Shown here: positions 26,001-38,121 of the stretch, in pieces | Position numbering within the stretch: the stretch's first letter is position 1 | Layout: every line of letters starts with the position of its first letter | Assembly: GCA_010909165.1 (NCBI GenBank) | Contig: VJWM01000284.1 | Span: 66,488 to 130,487 of the forward strand | Source of the DNA: Anthoceros angustus | Lineage: Eukaryota; Plantae; Anthocerotophyta | Reading direction: 5' to 3' | Length of the DNA: 64,000 nt | Notes under the pieces: generated by a model | What the model saw: only the letters and a program-made list of their open reading frames with translations | Database searches by the model: none | What the model was told of the DNA's origin: nothing | Made by a program: the position numbers and the translations under genes

Positions 26001-26670
26001 GTTAGAGACGCCCGATCAAGATCAAACGTTCGATGCCTCGCACAAGAAGACCGGAAGATCCTGGGTGGTCGAGAGCGGAGTGGCCAAGCTCCACGTCTGG
26101 GAGTGGTGAGCGGTGAGAGGTAACTGGGCGCAGCCGGGAGGGGTAGGAATTTCCGCCAAGGCTGGGTGAGACCGCAAGACGGGGGTCCTGGCCAAGGTGA
26201 GGTCCGGTGGCGTGAGAGAGAAAGGTTATTTGTGCGGTGGAAGGTCCGAGGGGTGGGTGAGTGTGCCGTGGGAGGATTATGCGCTTTTGGGAAACGTGGA
26301 TGATCGATAAGAGTGGAAGTGAACGGTGAATTGGGAACCAAGAGTGAGGAGCCACGCTGAGGACGTGGTGCATAACCCTGAGAAGATCCGATTGGTGTAT
26401 TCCCGAGAGAGAAGTAAGAGTCCATGTAGGTGTGTGTATGACCATTTCCCCCAAGGACCGCGCGCGAGAAGCCGGTGACAATAGTCCCCGCGACACGAAA
26501 AGTGGGTGGGCCCGCCACAGTGGTTGAATCAGCCACTACGGTGGTTGAACCTCCCGGGCCCACGGTGGTGGCCGAGTCTTCCACGGTGGTGGGTTTGGGC
26601 AGGGTAGCTGGTTATGGGAGGGTAGTGATTGATTGTGGTAGGACTAGAGTCCATAGTTTTAGAACATCTT
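23060..26670. mobile_element. Probable decayed Gypsy-type retroelement 3' internal region; boundaries uncertain
   Basis: GC-rich, broken coiled-coil-like ORFs. Block 23200-23350 (aaggccttt..ggtccttggcccatgg..gtccttggg) is shared with 60925-61085. No catalytic motif seen. Confidence 0.4.
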
Positions 26671-29600
26671 GACACAAAACCATTCCCTTGGGATCGAATC
26701 CTAGGACTATAACGACATAGAGGGTAAATGTGGCCTCTTTGCGTCTTCGGATGCAAAAACCCATTCCACATCTACAGTCGCCATGTTGTTCACACTTTCT
26801 AGAAATAGACAAAGGCATTGCAGGTCCCATATAGATTAACGCGATGTTGTAGGAGGTACTTGATGTGCATCCTGGGGGTAGGTATGTCAATTGATTCTCA
26901 GAGAAACTGGATGTTGTTCGGCGAATGCCTCGCACTGCATGACCGGCTCTATTTTGCTTGCCATGAGCGCTCCTGGAAGGTTATTTTTCCCAAAGCAACT
27001 CCGTGCATGTGCACCAGAATCATTGTCACAAGGCAAGTTCCTAGTGCTCTTCACCATTTTGCAGGCGTATGCTTTTAGATGTTAGGTGGCTCAAAATTGT
27101 AGTCGCATTGCCTATTTCACATGGAATTGATGTAGTCGTCGCCAATGCAATATTGTGGATTACTGGGCTCCATAGCCTGAGATGAAAGCGATGATCTTTG
27201 TTTGCAGGTCGAGGAGGAAAGAGGAGAACGCAGCAGTATCCACGAATTCCTTGATATGTGCCTCCTACTCCCCGGAACTTGAATTTGTATGATGTAGTGG
27301 AAGGCAGCCCAAGTGAGCAGGGAAAAGCTGGAGATTGTGCACATCCATCCAACGATCACTACTACAATCCGTAATAAAAAGTGACGTATTGTATGATGTG
27401 CTAGTGACGAATTGAAAGGAGAAATGACGCGGCCCCCGTTCCGGCCCGCGTCATTTATTACGTCACCTAAACAACGTCACCCGCTATGCAAAATGATGCG
27501 TGAACCGCCCACCGGCATTATGGTGAGGATCCGGTGGCTAAACCGGTGCTCAGCAGTTGAGCCCAGCCGAATCGGAAACCGGCCAGACCGACGGTGTTTG
27601 TTGGGTGCCTCCCGCCCGTCACCGTGGATGGGCGGCACCCTCAGTGGCACGCCGGTCCGCGTCCTCGCGGACCGGCATTGCACCGTCCCCACCTCTCCCC
27701 CAACATTTAGGGAGCCAGTTGTCGCAAGCCGTTGGCCTCTAGGAGCCACCACGTGTCGGACTGGTGTGCAGCGGGACAGGACGGCCTTTATGTCATCTCG
27801 AACTTTTAAAATGCCAGCTAGGCGTGCCAAAATTCAAAATCAAAAGTTAAATACGTTTTACTTTTTACAATAGGAGTAACTCTTATGGACTATAGTAATA
27901 ACAACTAACCATCGTCAGAACTGGGTTACATTATCAGATGACTACCCGCGACCCGCAAAAGCAACATTCGAGCATAGCGCACGAGATTGGAGGATTGGTG
28001 CAGCGCTTGCGATGGGTGCTCTCTTCGGTGTACTCGCTTGCTTCATCCCACCGGCTTCGACCGTGTACTAACCCACGTTTACCCCTTTCCTTCGCCGTCT
28101 TCTACCAAACAGCACCCCCGACCTTACCACATCAACACTGGATTGTCCTTGTAACATCGACAACATTGCATCCCAAACTGTGGCCTAGCAATTGGGTGGA
28201 GAGACACTCACCCCACCAGCCTGTGTCTTCCCTCTCGGGTCCCCACAAACACCCACAGTTTCCGTGCTCATTCCTCCAGCGTTTCCCTGCACCCGCGACA
28301 CGCACTCAGCGGCTGAACCCACGTAGTATGATGCCTCATACATGCTCCATTGACAGGTCACACCTTACTCACTGATTTCCGAGTTTGTGCACGGGTAACC
28401 CTCTTGCTTGCTTCTGCAGATTGGGTTGCAAGATCCCGGCACGGCGAAGCAGGTAGTTGCGTTGTAGGGACAATTACCGTCGATGGCTGGTCCTCCTCTT
28501 CCCGCCCACTCCGTTTAGGTGTGCTGCCGGTGGACGCTGTTTGTCTTACCTCGTTGCCTCCCCGACCTTGCCAAAATAACACGACAAGTATCAGTCACCC
28601 CCAACAGATGAATCTACTACAAACGAGCACCAAACGATGGGTCACATTGTAACGTAAAGTCGCGGCCTCGTCTGGGGCCTCGACGCGCTAGCTCGATTTT
28701 TTTTCGGGGGCCAGAGGGTAGATTTCTAGAGAGAGAATTGACCATTTGGTCATTTTTTTTACTCAATATAGTAAAATCTATTACAATAGAGTAGAAAACA
28801 TGGCATGTCGGGTGAAATGCATCCACCACAAATGTTGAAACCGGTGAGTGGTAGAAAAATTTGACTCAGTGAATACTAGGTACATCTAGATGAAAGCTCA
28901 TTCTAGAAATCCCACCAAATCGCTAAATCTGGCAGTAAAACATATTCAGGTAAATACCATTCATGCGGATCCAGGATATACAAAAAACCAACAAAGAAAC
29001 CTTTTCTTTGCAGAGTTTCATGCATATCCAGAATGGCATGAAATAAAAATTAAAATAATGTAGAGTAAATACCAGATAAGATTGATCCCCGCTACTGCCT
29101 CTAAAACCTGCATAGAAAACATAAATTAAGCACACTGAAAATATTAAGAAATAGACACAGACAATGTATATTAGACAAGTCAAAGACACAAACAGACAAA
29201 GCGGTGAACCCCGGACATGTTGTAAAGGTCAAACAGATTATGGCGGTCACGTGATGTGCAATGCATGCATGCAACGCAGCAGAACGAAGCATGACAGACA
29301 GTTTGACACAAAGATGAAAACATACCACGGAGGCCTACTGACAGAATTTTCAGGTTTCTTCAGGATCTTGTTCAAGCCCCCCACACTCTCCTGCTCGCCA
29401 AGACATACGAAGTAAGCAACTGAAAAGCACCCCAATTGACCGTAGCTGATCCTTATTTACTTGTGCATTGGTGGAGGGAAGTATATGGCAGATGTCATTC
29501 TCATAGTTGAAAACGACGAAGACCGTCCCCTAAAAAGGAAAAGGGGAAAACACCACAACCCACCTAATATATAGAAGGTATTCGTTCGGAGAACAGTTAT

Positions 29601-29798
29601 CGTGTATTATGGGTTCAAGCTCAACGCAAGGAAACATCGCTCAAGCTAGGATAGTTTGCTCACAAAGTGTGCTGGAGGACTCATGTGTGAGCGGCGTTTG
29701 ATTTCAGATTTCATGTGCAACGGCAGCAGATTGTCTGCTTGCATCCCGGTTGCAATGTGCGGGTCTGTTTTCTTTTACTCATAGTAGTTGGTGGCAGC

Positions 29799-30653
29799 AT
29801 GGCTGACAGGAAGCGTCGAGGGTGCAAGCCAGATGTGATTGTGGTGGACAGTGTCAACTGGCGGGTTTGCCACCACTATCCTCATGAAAGGGCACAAGGG
29901 TGTCCGCAAATTGTGGATGATGAGAAGGTTGCAAAGTGGCAGCAGCCCTTTCAACGGGCTTACCAGGTGGACAGGCCCATGGTGTCGAAGTAGTCCTATG
30001 CAGAGCTCACAAAGTTCTTGATGTGGATTGAGGGTCATCATGGCCGTTGTCCCATCGAGTTCTACCCTACGGAGCACAGGGATTTGTATGAGCTGCAGAG
30101 GAGGGGGCATGAGCAGTTGCCCTGGGTTTGGACAACCTACCCCGAGGGTGCATACCGCAAGCTGGAACATCATTTGTTCATGCACCAAGTGTTTGACGAT
30201 TCGCCAATGGCAAGTCGTTATGATTTTTATGGTGAGTGGAAAGTGCCCTCTACCATGTTTTTGCTCAAGGAGTGGTTGGCCCAGTTTCACAAGATGAAGA
30301 CTGGCAAGTATGTTGCTGGGTGGCCGAGGCAGTTTTATCGCCTCACTAACATGGTTTGAGTTGGTTGTGTGTCGTGGACCCCTGACTCTGCTTAGGATTT
30401 GTACACCTTGTAGGCTGCTGCACAAGACCACATGAGGGTGATGGCTCTGCACCCGCCCTATCATATTGATGAAGTGATTGTCCAGGACAGTGATCCGGGA
30501 TCCGACAACAGTATTCAGTCGGGAGAATCAATGGAGAGCAATCCCGAGCCCATGTTTGAAGATGAGGAAGATGATATGCATTCTCCTCCCCCACCAATCT
30601 ATAAGACCATCATCTCCAAGCGTTTTGCTTCTCGCGGGATTGGTTTTTGGTAG
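29799..30653 (+). pseudogene. Orphan ~285-codon reading frame with several in-frame stops
   Basis: ORFs 29715-29993, 30018-30359 and 30432-30653 share one frame. Aromatic-rich globular-looking part followed by an acidic tail. Confidence 0.5.
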
Positions 30654-30849
30654 CTTTAGGTGCAAAATTTGGTTCTCAAATGCTGCTTATTCACCAGATT
30701 TTCCAGGGGGGCTGTTCAAGGGGCTAGGATTTTGCTTAGTTCTTCTTTTGCTTTGCCACATTGGTAGTTAGCCAATAACCCTATTTTGCAGGCTTATTAA
30801 ATACTTGTTTAAGTGATAAGCCCATTTTGGAGGCTTATTTAGACCCTGA

Positions 30850-32080
30850 AGTGTAATGCTTCACAGACTGAGACATGAGCCGTGACCTAACATGGCCATG
30901 GAGAGCTATGCTGCCTCGGCGTGACAAAGGCTTGAAGGCCATGCAGCCCTTCCACAGAAAACAAGGAAAAGGGAGGCATGGACACCCTAGCCTCGGAGGA
31001 AAGGGAGTCCCTAGCCAACCTAAGGGAAGCCTGCAAAGGGAAGGCCCCCTCCTCAACGCCCGAGACGAAGGCCTCTAAGATGAGAACATCCTGGATTAAG
31101 AAACCAGTGGTGAAGACGTAGGCAGAGAGGGCCCAGCTCCCAAGGACGGCCGCCGGCGTCGAGGCCTCCGTGGCCAGTAGACTTGTGCCCACAAAAGCGA
31201 TAGGAAGGGACGCTTGCTGCTACGCAAAGCCCCCTGCGGCACACTCGAAGGTCCCCGGCCCGATAATGTCTACAAGTGCTACATAATCTGTAGATCAAAA
31301 TTCCGCAGGCTTAATAGAAAAGCTGGGGGGGATCCACCGTCCTGGTAAGGTAACCCGGCCGACGCGCGAAGCGGAACGAAAGGATGACAAATGCCACCTG
31401 AGGGTCCCCTAATAGAGATAGGTTGCCGACGTGGGCCAAGTCCTCCTTCAAATCCTCATCCACAAAACCATGAATAAAGGCGGGAGGTCCCACGGGGACC
31501 CCCAAGACGCAAAGTCCCTGCGAAGGAACAATGTCCCCCCTAGGAAATTGAAGAGAGGGAGTAATGCCAGACGGGGACCAAACCTTGCACTTCAGAATCT
31601 TGACCCTCAAACCCAGGTGGGAGAGCTATGAGGAGAAGAGTGCGAAAGCTTCCCTGACCTTGCCCCCAGGTCCTAAGATATGCGTGTCGTCCACCACGGA
31701 CGGAAAGAGACACTCCCCGACCACACCGGCTGTAATGACTAGGGCCTTGAAGTACACAACGACAAAGAGGGCACCCCCCAAGGGATCCCCCTACCTCGTA
31801 CCGGTCGTCGAGTCCAGCACAGTAACCCCTTCCTTAGATGGTTCGTGCTGAAAGTAGAGGGTAGACGAGGAACCATAGAAAGAGTGGACGAAAGGAATAA
31901 GACTTGCCAGGTGCCCGCTTGCATCCTTGAGCTATGTAAAAATTGCCGTCCTAGAGACCGTGTTGAAAGTGTTCTCGAAGTCCACCTACAGGGCGACCCA
32001 ATGTTGATGTGACTCCAGAACCGCCGCGATACCGAATGTGGCCGACTCACAACCCCCGGAGTGGCAATCCCAAACATACT
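30850..32080 (-). mobile_element. Non-LTR retrotransposon RT fragment (CRE-like)
   Basis: GTR*GDPLGGALF (QGDPL with CAG>TAG), SVVDDTHILGP, KCKVWSP, GLCVLGVPVG, LGDPQVAFVIL. Confidence 0.8.
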
Positions 32081-32464
32081 AAATACGTATTTGAGATATT
32101 GTATATTTTTTTATTTCTTTTTTAATTCCACCTCAAGACCTCAAGACAACATGACGGCGATGGCAATCCACTTCCTTTCCGGCCTCTTAGTCCCCCAACA
32201 AGAGGGAGGTGCGTCCAAGAGTTGGAGGGATCTATGGGGTGCTGCTACCCCGAGAGACTCATGACTCTTATGTATGCAATAAAGTTGGGAATTGGAAGGC
32301 AGGCGATCCAGCAGCTGCATTATGCTGGATGCGGGATAATGTGGAGACCGGAATGATGATAGGATGTGGTGAAGAGGATGTAATGTACCAGCAGCGGCAG
32401 CACTTGCTTCAAATCGAGATGGAAAGAGGACCTGAAGCTGCCGGTGCACGAATATGATACATAG

Positions 32465-33021
32465 AGTAACACCCCCTTAACGGGGTGGGGAAAACCACGC
32501 AGTTAGAAGCAAACTAGGGTAATAAATCAACACCAGACACAGCACTAGGCCTCCAAGTAGCCCGCCCTCCTCTTCTAGGAGGACTCATGAGACACTCTTG
32601 CCTGCTCTTTATTCTTAGATCACGAGTCAACAAGAACATACAATGGAGGGCTAGAGAGAACTCCCCATCTTTGCCTAAGCTAGGAGCTTAGCTCTCTTCA
32701 CTTGACCTCCTCCCAAAGCTCCTTCACAGACTCCTTCCGTGCTTCGCCCAAGCATCAAGTGCTCTCAAGGCATAGCCCAAGCATCAAGTGCTCTCAAGGC
32801 GCAACCCAAGCAACAAGTGCTCTCAAGGTTGAACTGCCTTTAGCTGTAGGCGGTCTCCTTTATACTCAAGCCCTAGCTACAATCTTAGTAACTACTTACT
32901 TAAGCTTTAAGCTATTATTTACTACCACACTTCCTGCATGCTTAACATGCTCTTAGTAAGCTCTTCTAAACATGCCTCTGCATGGAGCTTTCTTACAAGC
33001 ACTCAAGCCGACTTTGTTACT
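32465..33021 (-). mobile_element. LTR 1 (3' LTR) of the chromovirus-type Gypsy element
   Basis: Termini AGTAAC...GTTACT; preceded by CATAG (32460-32464); followed on + by tcctcccc (PPT on -). Confidence 0.9.
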
Positions 33022-36000
33022 TCCTCCCCACTAGGAAGAATCACTCGGTGATAACCAGTAATGAGCAATCATCCAGAGCCTTTCGGATATCCTCTAGTGT
33101 TACCTGGTATTGAGATCCCATCTTTACCATGTATTGTGGTAGAGTTCCACGTCTGCCACGCTACCTTAAGGAATTCTTCAATCTCCGCGGTCCTTGATCA
33201 TCTTTGCGAGGATCTTCTTCCTCCATGTCCTCTTTCTCCTTGCACAAATGGCTTCAGTGAAACATGAAACACATTGTGTGCAAAAATCCGGTGAGCAAGT
33301 CCAACTTATAAGCGACTTCTCCAATGCGCTTAAGGACAACATAAGGACCTCCATACTTTGGCCTCAACTTTAGAGACAAACCTTGGCGTGTGAAATGCTT
33401 CAATTTCACCCAAACCTTATCCCCAACATTGAAGGCAGTTTCTCTCCTTATCATATCTCTTGGCGTGCTTGAGCCTTGGCTAATATCTTTTGGCAATCTC
33501 ATGCCTAGCCTTCAAGCTCAACAAATTGGCGTGGATCTCTGTGGTAGTATCGAAAACTTCATTTAGCATGGATACTACATCCGGTTTCCACTCATCTCAA
33601 AGGGACTATATCCCCAAGGAGCTATATGCGGTGTTGTAACAAAACTCGCATCATCAAGATGATCACCCAATCTCATCAATCGCACATAGTGCCTCAAGTA
33701 TTCTTCTTGGATTCGGTTGACTCGCTGTTAGCCCATCGATGATCGGATGGTATGCGTACTCATGCATAAGCGCACATTCAAACTTCTCATCAAGTCTGCC
33801 AAAATTCTCCGTGAATCTTGGATCTCTATCACTCACAATGCGGGCAAGCCATGATACTTGTACACATACTTCTTGAACAAGTTGGCCCTCGAGCGGTCAC
33901 TCGCTTCTTGGTGGGGATGAAGTGCTTGCAGTGAACCTATCCTGCACCATGATAGTGTAAACCATTCTTTGGGAGGCAAAGGCATGATGAAGTCCATAGA
34001 AATACTTTTCCATGGCCCTCTTGGAATAGGTAGAGTAACAAACCTCTTGGTTTAGCCTTTGTCTACCTTATCCTGGACAAACAAGACATGCCTTGACATA
34101 GTCTAATGTATCTTGATACATTCCTCGATAAAGCCTTCAACTTCTCATAAGTTGAATCACCTCCACAGTGACACGGCACATCATGACATTCAAAGTAACT
34201 TCTTCTTCAAGCCTCTGAGTTAGGAATCACAACTCTCTTACATTTGTATATCAACAAACCATCTCGAGTTTGAACTTGCTTCCTTTCTGCCACCCCATTC
34301 ATCCGATCCACTTGAGATCTTGCGGATAAGCTTCCTTAATCTCTTTGTGAGTATCCACAGGCTCAATCACACTTGCCATTGCCTTGATCCTTGACTCTTT
34401 GCGACTCAACGCGCAACCTTATTCTCCTTTCCGGGTTTGTATTTGAGTCATCATACATAGCTAGGAATCACGCCATCTAGCTTGCCATTCAACTTCAATT
34501 GGTTGAGAAGTATGTTGTCTTGATATTATCGATTATGACACAAAAGACCTACCAAGAGATAGTGCCTCCAAGCCTTTAGGCGTGGATGGCGGTCATTTCC
34601 TTCTCATAGGTGGGATACTTCATCTCATAAGGATGCAACTTCCTTGACTCAAAAGCTAATGGCTTTTGGTCACATCAAAACTCCACCTATAGCCATGTCG
34701 AGGCATCACAATACACTTCTACATCTTTCTTGGGGTCATACATTCCCAACAGGAGTAGTACTCAACTTCTCTTTCAAGTATTCAAAGGCTTGACAATCAG
34801 ATCCACTTCCAAGCTTTTGATGTCTTCAAGAGGTCATTATGTGCTATCTTAGCAAACATATGTACAAACCTCACATGCAGAAACCCATAAAGCTCGTACC
34901 TCATGAATGTTCCGAGGCTGCCAATCTTGAATGGCTTTAACTTTATCGGGATCCATCACGATGCCCTCGGCAGACAATAAAACCTAAGAATGGAATCTCT
35001 TGGCGAAATCACACTTCTTGATTGCCAAGAACAAAGAATTCTCTCTTAGCTTTTGTAACACTTCTCTTAAGTGTTCAAATGTTCCTCAAGGTATGGCTAA
35101 AGATCAAAATGTCATCCGGATAGATTACAACACACTTGTCCACGGATCTATGAATATAGTATTCATAAGTGTATCGAAATGTGTGCATTAGTAAGTCCAA
35201 ATGGCATGACCAAATTCAAAAGCCCCATACACGGTCCTACAATTTGTACTCATGCCCCTCGATCGATCGATAGTACCGCCGCCAGATCCGGTGAAATACT
35301 TCAACCGTCAACATATCATCCATTCTAGGCAAAGGATATGCATTCTTGATTTAATCGATTCGAGCTCGTAATCCGACATCGAGTCCTCCATTCTTTTGCG
35401 TGAACAATACAGCGCGCAAGGAGACTTAGAAACTCGACATATCCCTTTGCCAGTTGGATAGTTGTCGCTTGAGTTCTTGCAACTCATCCGACAATCTATC
35501 TCGGTGCTCTTGAAGGAGGCGTACTCCACGGCTTCAATTCAATCTCATGATCTACTACTGCGAGGCGGCAATGGTGGCAACTCATCGGCATCAAATCCTT
35601 GAACTCATCCAAGATAGCTTGTACTTCTTTTGGGATGTCTTTCACCTCAGTGGAATCTTCTTCTAGACCATCCTCTAGTCCTTGGAGTACAACTAAGTAT
35701 AGCTCCTTCTTTTCCGAGATCCTTCTTAAGCTCTCTTTTGAAATTGTCTTGATGGAGTCTCAAGCTTAGCTAACACTAGCACAACTCACCTTGTGCTTCT
35801 TGGATATCTCAATAGTGCGAGACTTAACATCCATATACACTTCATTGGATCTCATCCACTCCGGGCCTAAGATGATATCATGGTCATCCATCTCGACGGA
35901 AACTCTCATTTCCTTGCCATGCTTGACTTGCAGCTTTACTCCATGCAATTCACCCGAAATTGAGTCCCTTTAGCTTGCTTGATTCCATATGGCGTGGAAG

Positions 36001-37272
36001 TTTCATCCATTCAAGACCAAGCTCTCTTGCCTTACTAGGAGTTATAAAATTGTGGGTGGTGCAGTCCAACAACAACTCTACATCTAAGCCATTCATCTTC
36101 CACATATATACATGAGATCTCCACCTTTCCTCATTATAGTGTCATCCTTGACACTAGATGACTCACCACATGTCTTCACAACATGTGGCCCCAGCGTCTG
36201 GGCTCCTCGGGAAGTTCTTGAATCCGGCTCTTGGAGCAGGTGGATTGGCAAACCAAATTCAAGTTGGGAGCTCCAACATGTGGACAATTCTAGCAAAGTG
36301 TCCTTCTCCATAGTAACACACACACAGCTAGGCACTTGTTGCCGTCTTCCGACCCCAGTATCTCCTCTAGCTCGGCCTCTGCCCGAGTCTCATTGGTTCC
36401 ACTATTCAGTGGTGGTGGCACTCCTCTCCTCTAGATCTACCGAGACCTAGGATATCTTCCTCTTGATACGGTGCCTCTTGAATAAACATATCCGGTATAG
36501 CATCTGCGCCATGGCCTCTTGCAGTGTTTGAGGATTAGTCAAAGCTATCCTATTTTGAGCCCATCTCTTAAGGCCGGTGATAAACTTGTGGAGTTTGTCC
36601 GCTCATGCATCTCTGGACATTGCAAGACAATAGAGCTAAACTCACTCACATACTCCGCAAAGTTCCGGTATGCTTGACATTGTCGAGCATCCTTGTAAAC
36701 TCTGCATTAGCGGGTTGGAAAGCGAGTTGCGGCTTGCTTGAAGTCGCCCATGTGAAGATTGTGGCTCTGCGATTGCCTTGCCTTACGTTCTCAACGTAAG
36801 TCCTCCACCAAGTAAGAGCATAATCCTCTAAGAAATTCGTGTGCTTGGTACTCATCTTGCGGCACTCATGATTCGATGCGCTTCAAGAGAAAAACCAAGG
36901 CGATTTTCTCGTCACGCTCGCCTTTATAAGTCTTTGGGGCTGTATGCTCCCTCAACTTCTTAGACTTTTGGCGGTCTTGCTCTCGAGCTCGGGCTCCACT
37001 TCTTGGCTCTTCTTCAACGAGCTTTACTTTAATCTCGATCCATGGCATCAAGTCTCCTCATGATCTTTTGGGATGGTCCTCTATGGTGGTGCGGTCCTCT
37101 GCTCAAGTTCCTTCCTCCATTCTCACAACTTGCGGACTCGTGGCTCTTCCACGCCGATAGCGGGGCCTTATCTTTCCGGGCGTATCCTTTCCACTCTACT
37201 TGGCTCGGCGGGATCGCCATCTCCACTAGCGTACTAGTCAAAGATGCTTCAACCTATGCTCACGATACCACA
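33022..37272 (-). mobile_element. Full-length but frameshifted Gypsy/chromovirus internal region (gag, protease, RT, RNase H, integrase, chromodomain-like end)
   Basis: PBS tggtatcgtgagc (37270-37258); gag LEDYALTWW; protease-like VELLLD..THNF; DIILGPEWM; RT and RNase H remnants; KLRPKYGGPYVVLKRIGEVAYKLDL; QYMVK-like chromodomain remnant. Confidence 0.9.
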
Positions 37273-37800
37273 AGTAACACCCCCCTCAGCGGGGTGGGGA
37301 AAACCACGATTAGAAGCAAAAATAGGGTAATAAATCAACACCGGACACGGACTAGGCCTCCAAGTAGCCGCCCTCCTCTTCTAGGAGGACTCAGAGACAC
37401 TCTTGCGCTCTTTATTCTTAGATCACGAGTCAACAAGAACATACAGTGGAGGGCTAGAGAACTCCCCATCTTTGCCTAAGCTAGGAGCTTAGCTCTCTCT
37501 TCACTTGACCTCCTCCACAAAGCTCCTTCCACGGCCTCCCCTTAGTGCTTGTTAAGCAACAAGTGCTCTCAAGGCGCAACCCAAGCAACAAGTGCTCTCA
37601 AGGTTGGGCCCAGGCTCTTTAGCCAGGCGAGGTCTCCTTTATACTCAAGCCCTAGCTACAATCTTAGTAACTACTTACTTAAGCTTTAAGCTATTATTTA
37701 CTACCACACTTCCTAGGGCTGCATGCTTAACATGCTCTTAGTAAGCTGCTCTTCTAAACATGCCTCTGCATGGAGCTTTACAGCACTCAAGCCGACTTGT
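37273..37800 (-). mobile_element. LTR 2 (middle LTR), missing its last few bases on the right
   Basis: Near-identical to LTR 1 and LTR 3; starts AGTAAC after the PBS; ends ...gccgacttgt instead of ...gactttgttact. Confidence 0.9.
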
Positions 37801-38121
37801 AGTGTGTGGAACAATGTCATCCACAGCGCCACAGGGAAAGAGGGACGTGGGGCACCCTTCAGTAGGTCCTGCCAGAACCGAAAGACTGGAAACTCCTCCA
37901 TCCGCAGTCTCCCCGCGCCGGTCGCCGCCCCTCCCATCATTTTGAAGGGAATGACACAGTTCGTAGTTATGGTGTTGGCAGAAAAATTAAAAAAAAACAT
38001 ACCTTCAAGAAAATAAAATAAATATTTGAGCAGAAAATTCGCAGGAAAACCCCTCATCATTCTGGGGTTAAGCAGGCACTTCCACCCACCAATGAGCACT
38101 TGGCCTACTTCTTTATTTTTC

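Noticed and set aside
26670-28650. Possible transposase for the MTase-bearing region
   Set aside because: Hand translation of 26700-27360 and the ORF track for the remainder gave no DDE or other recognisable motif.
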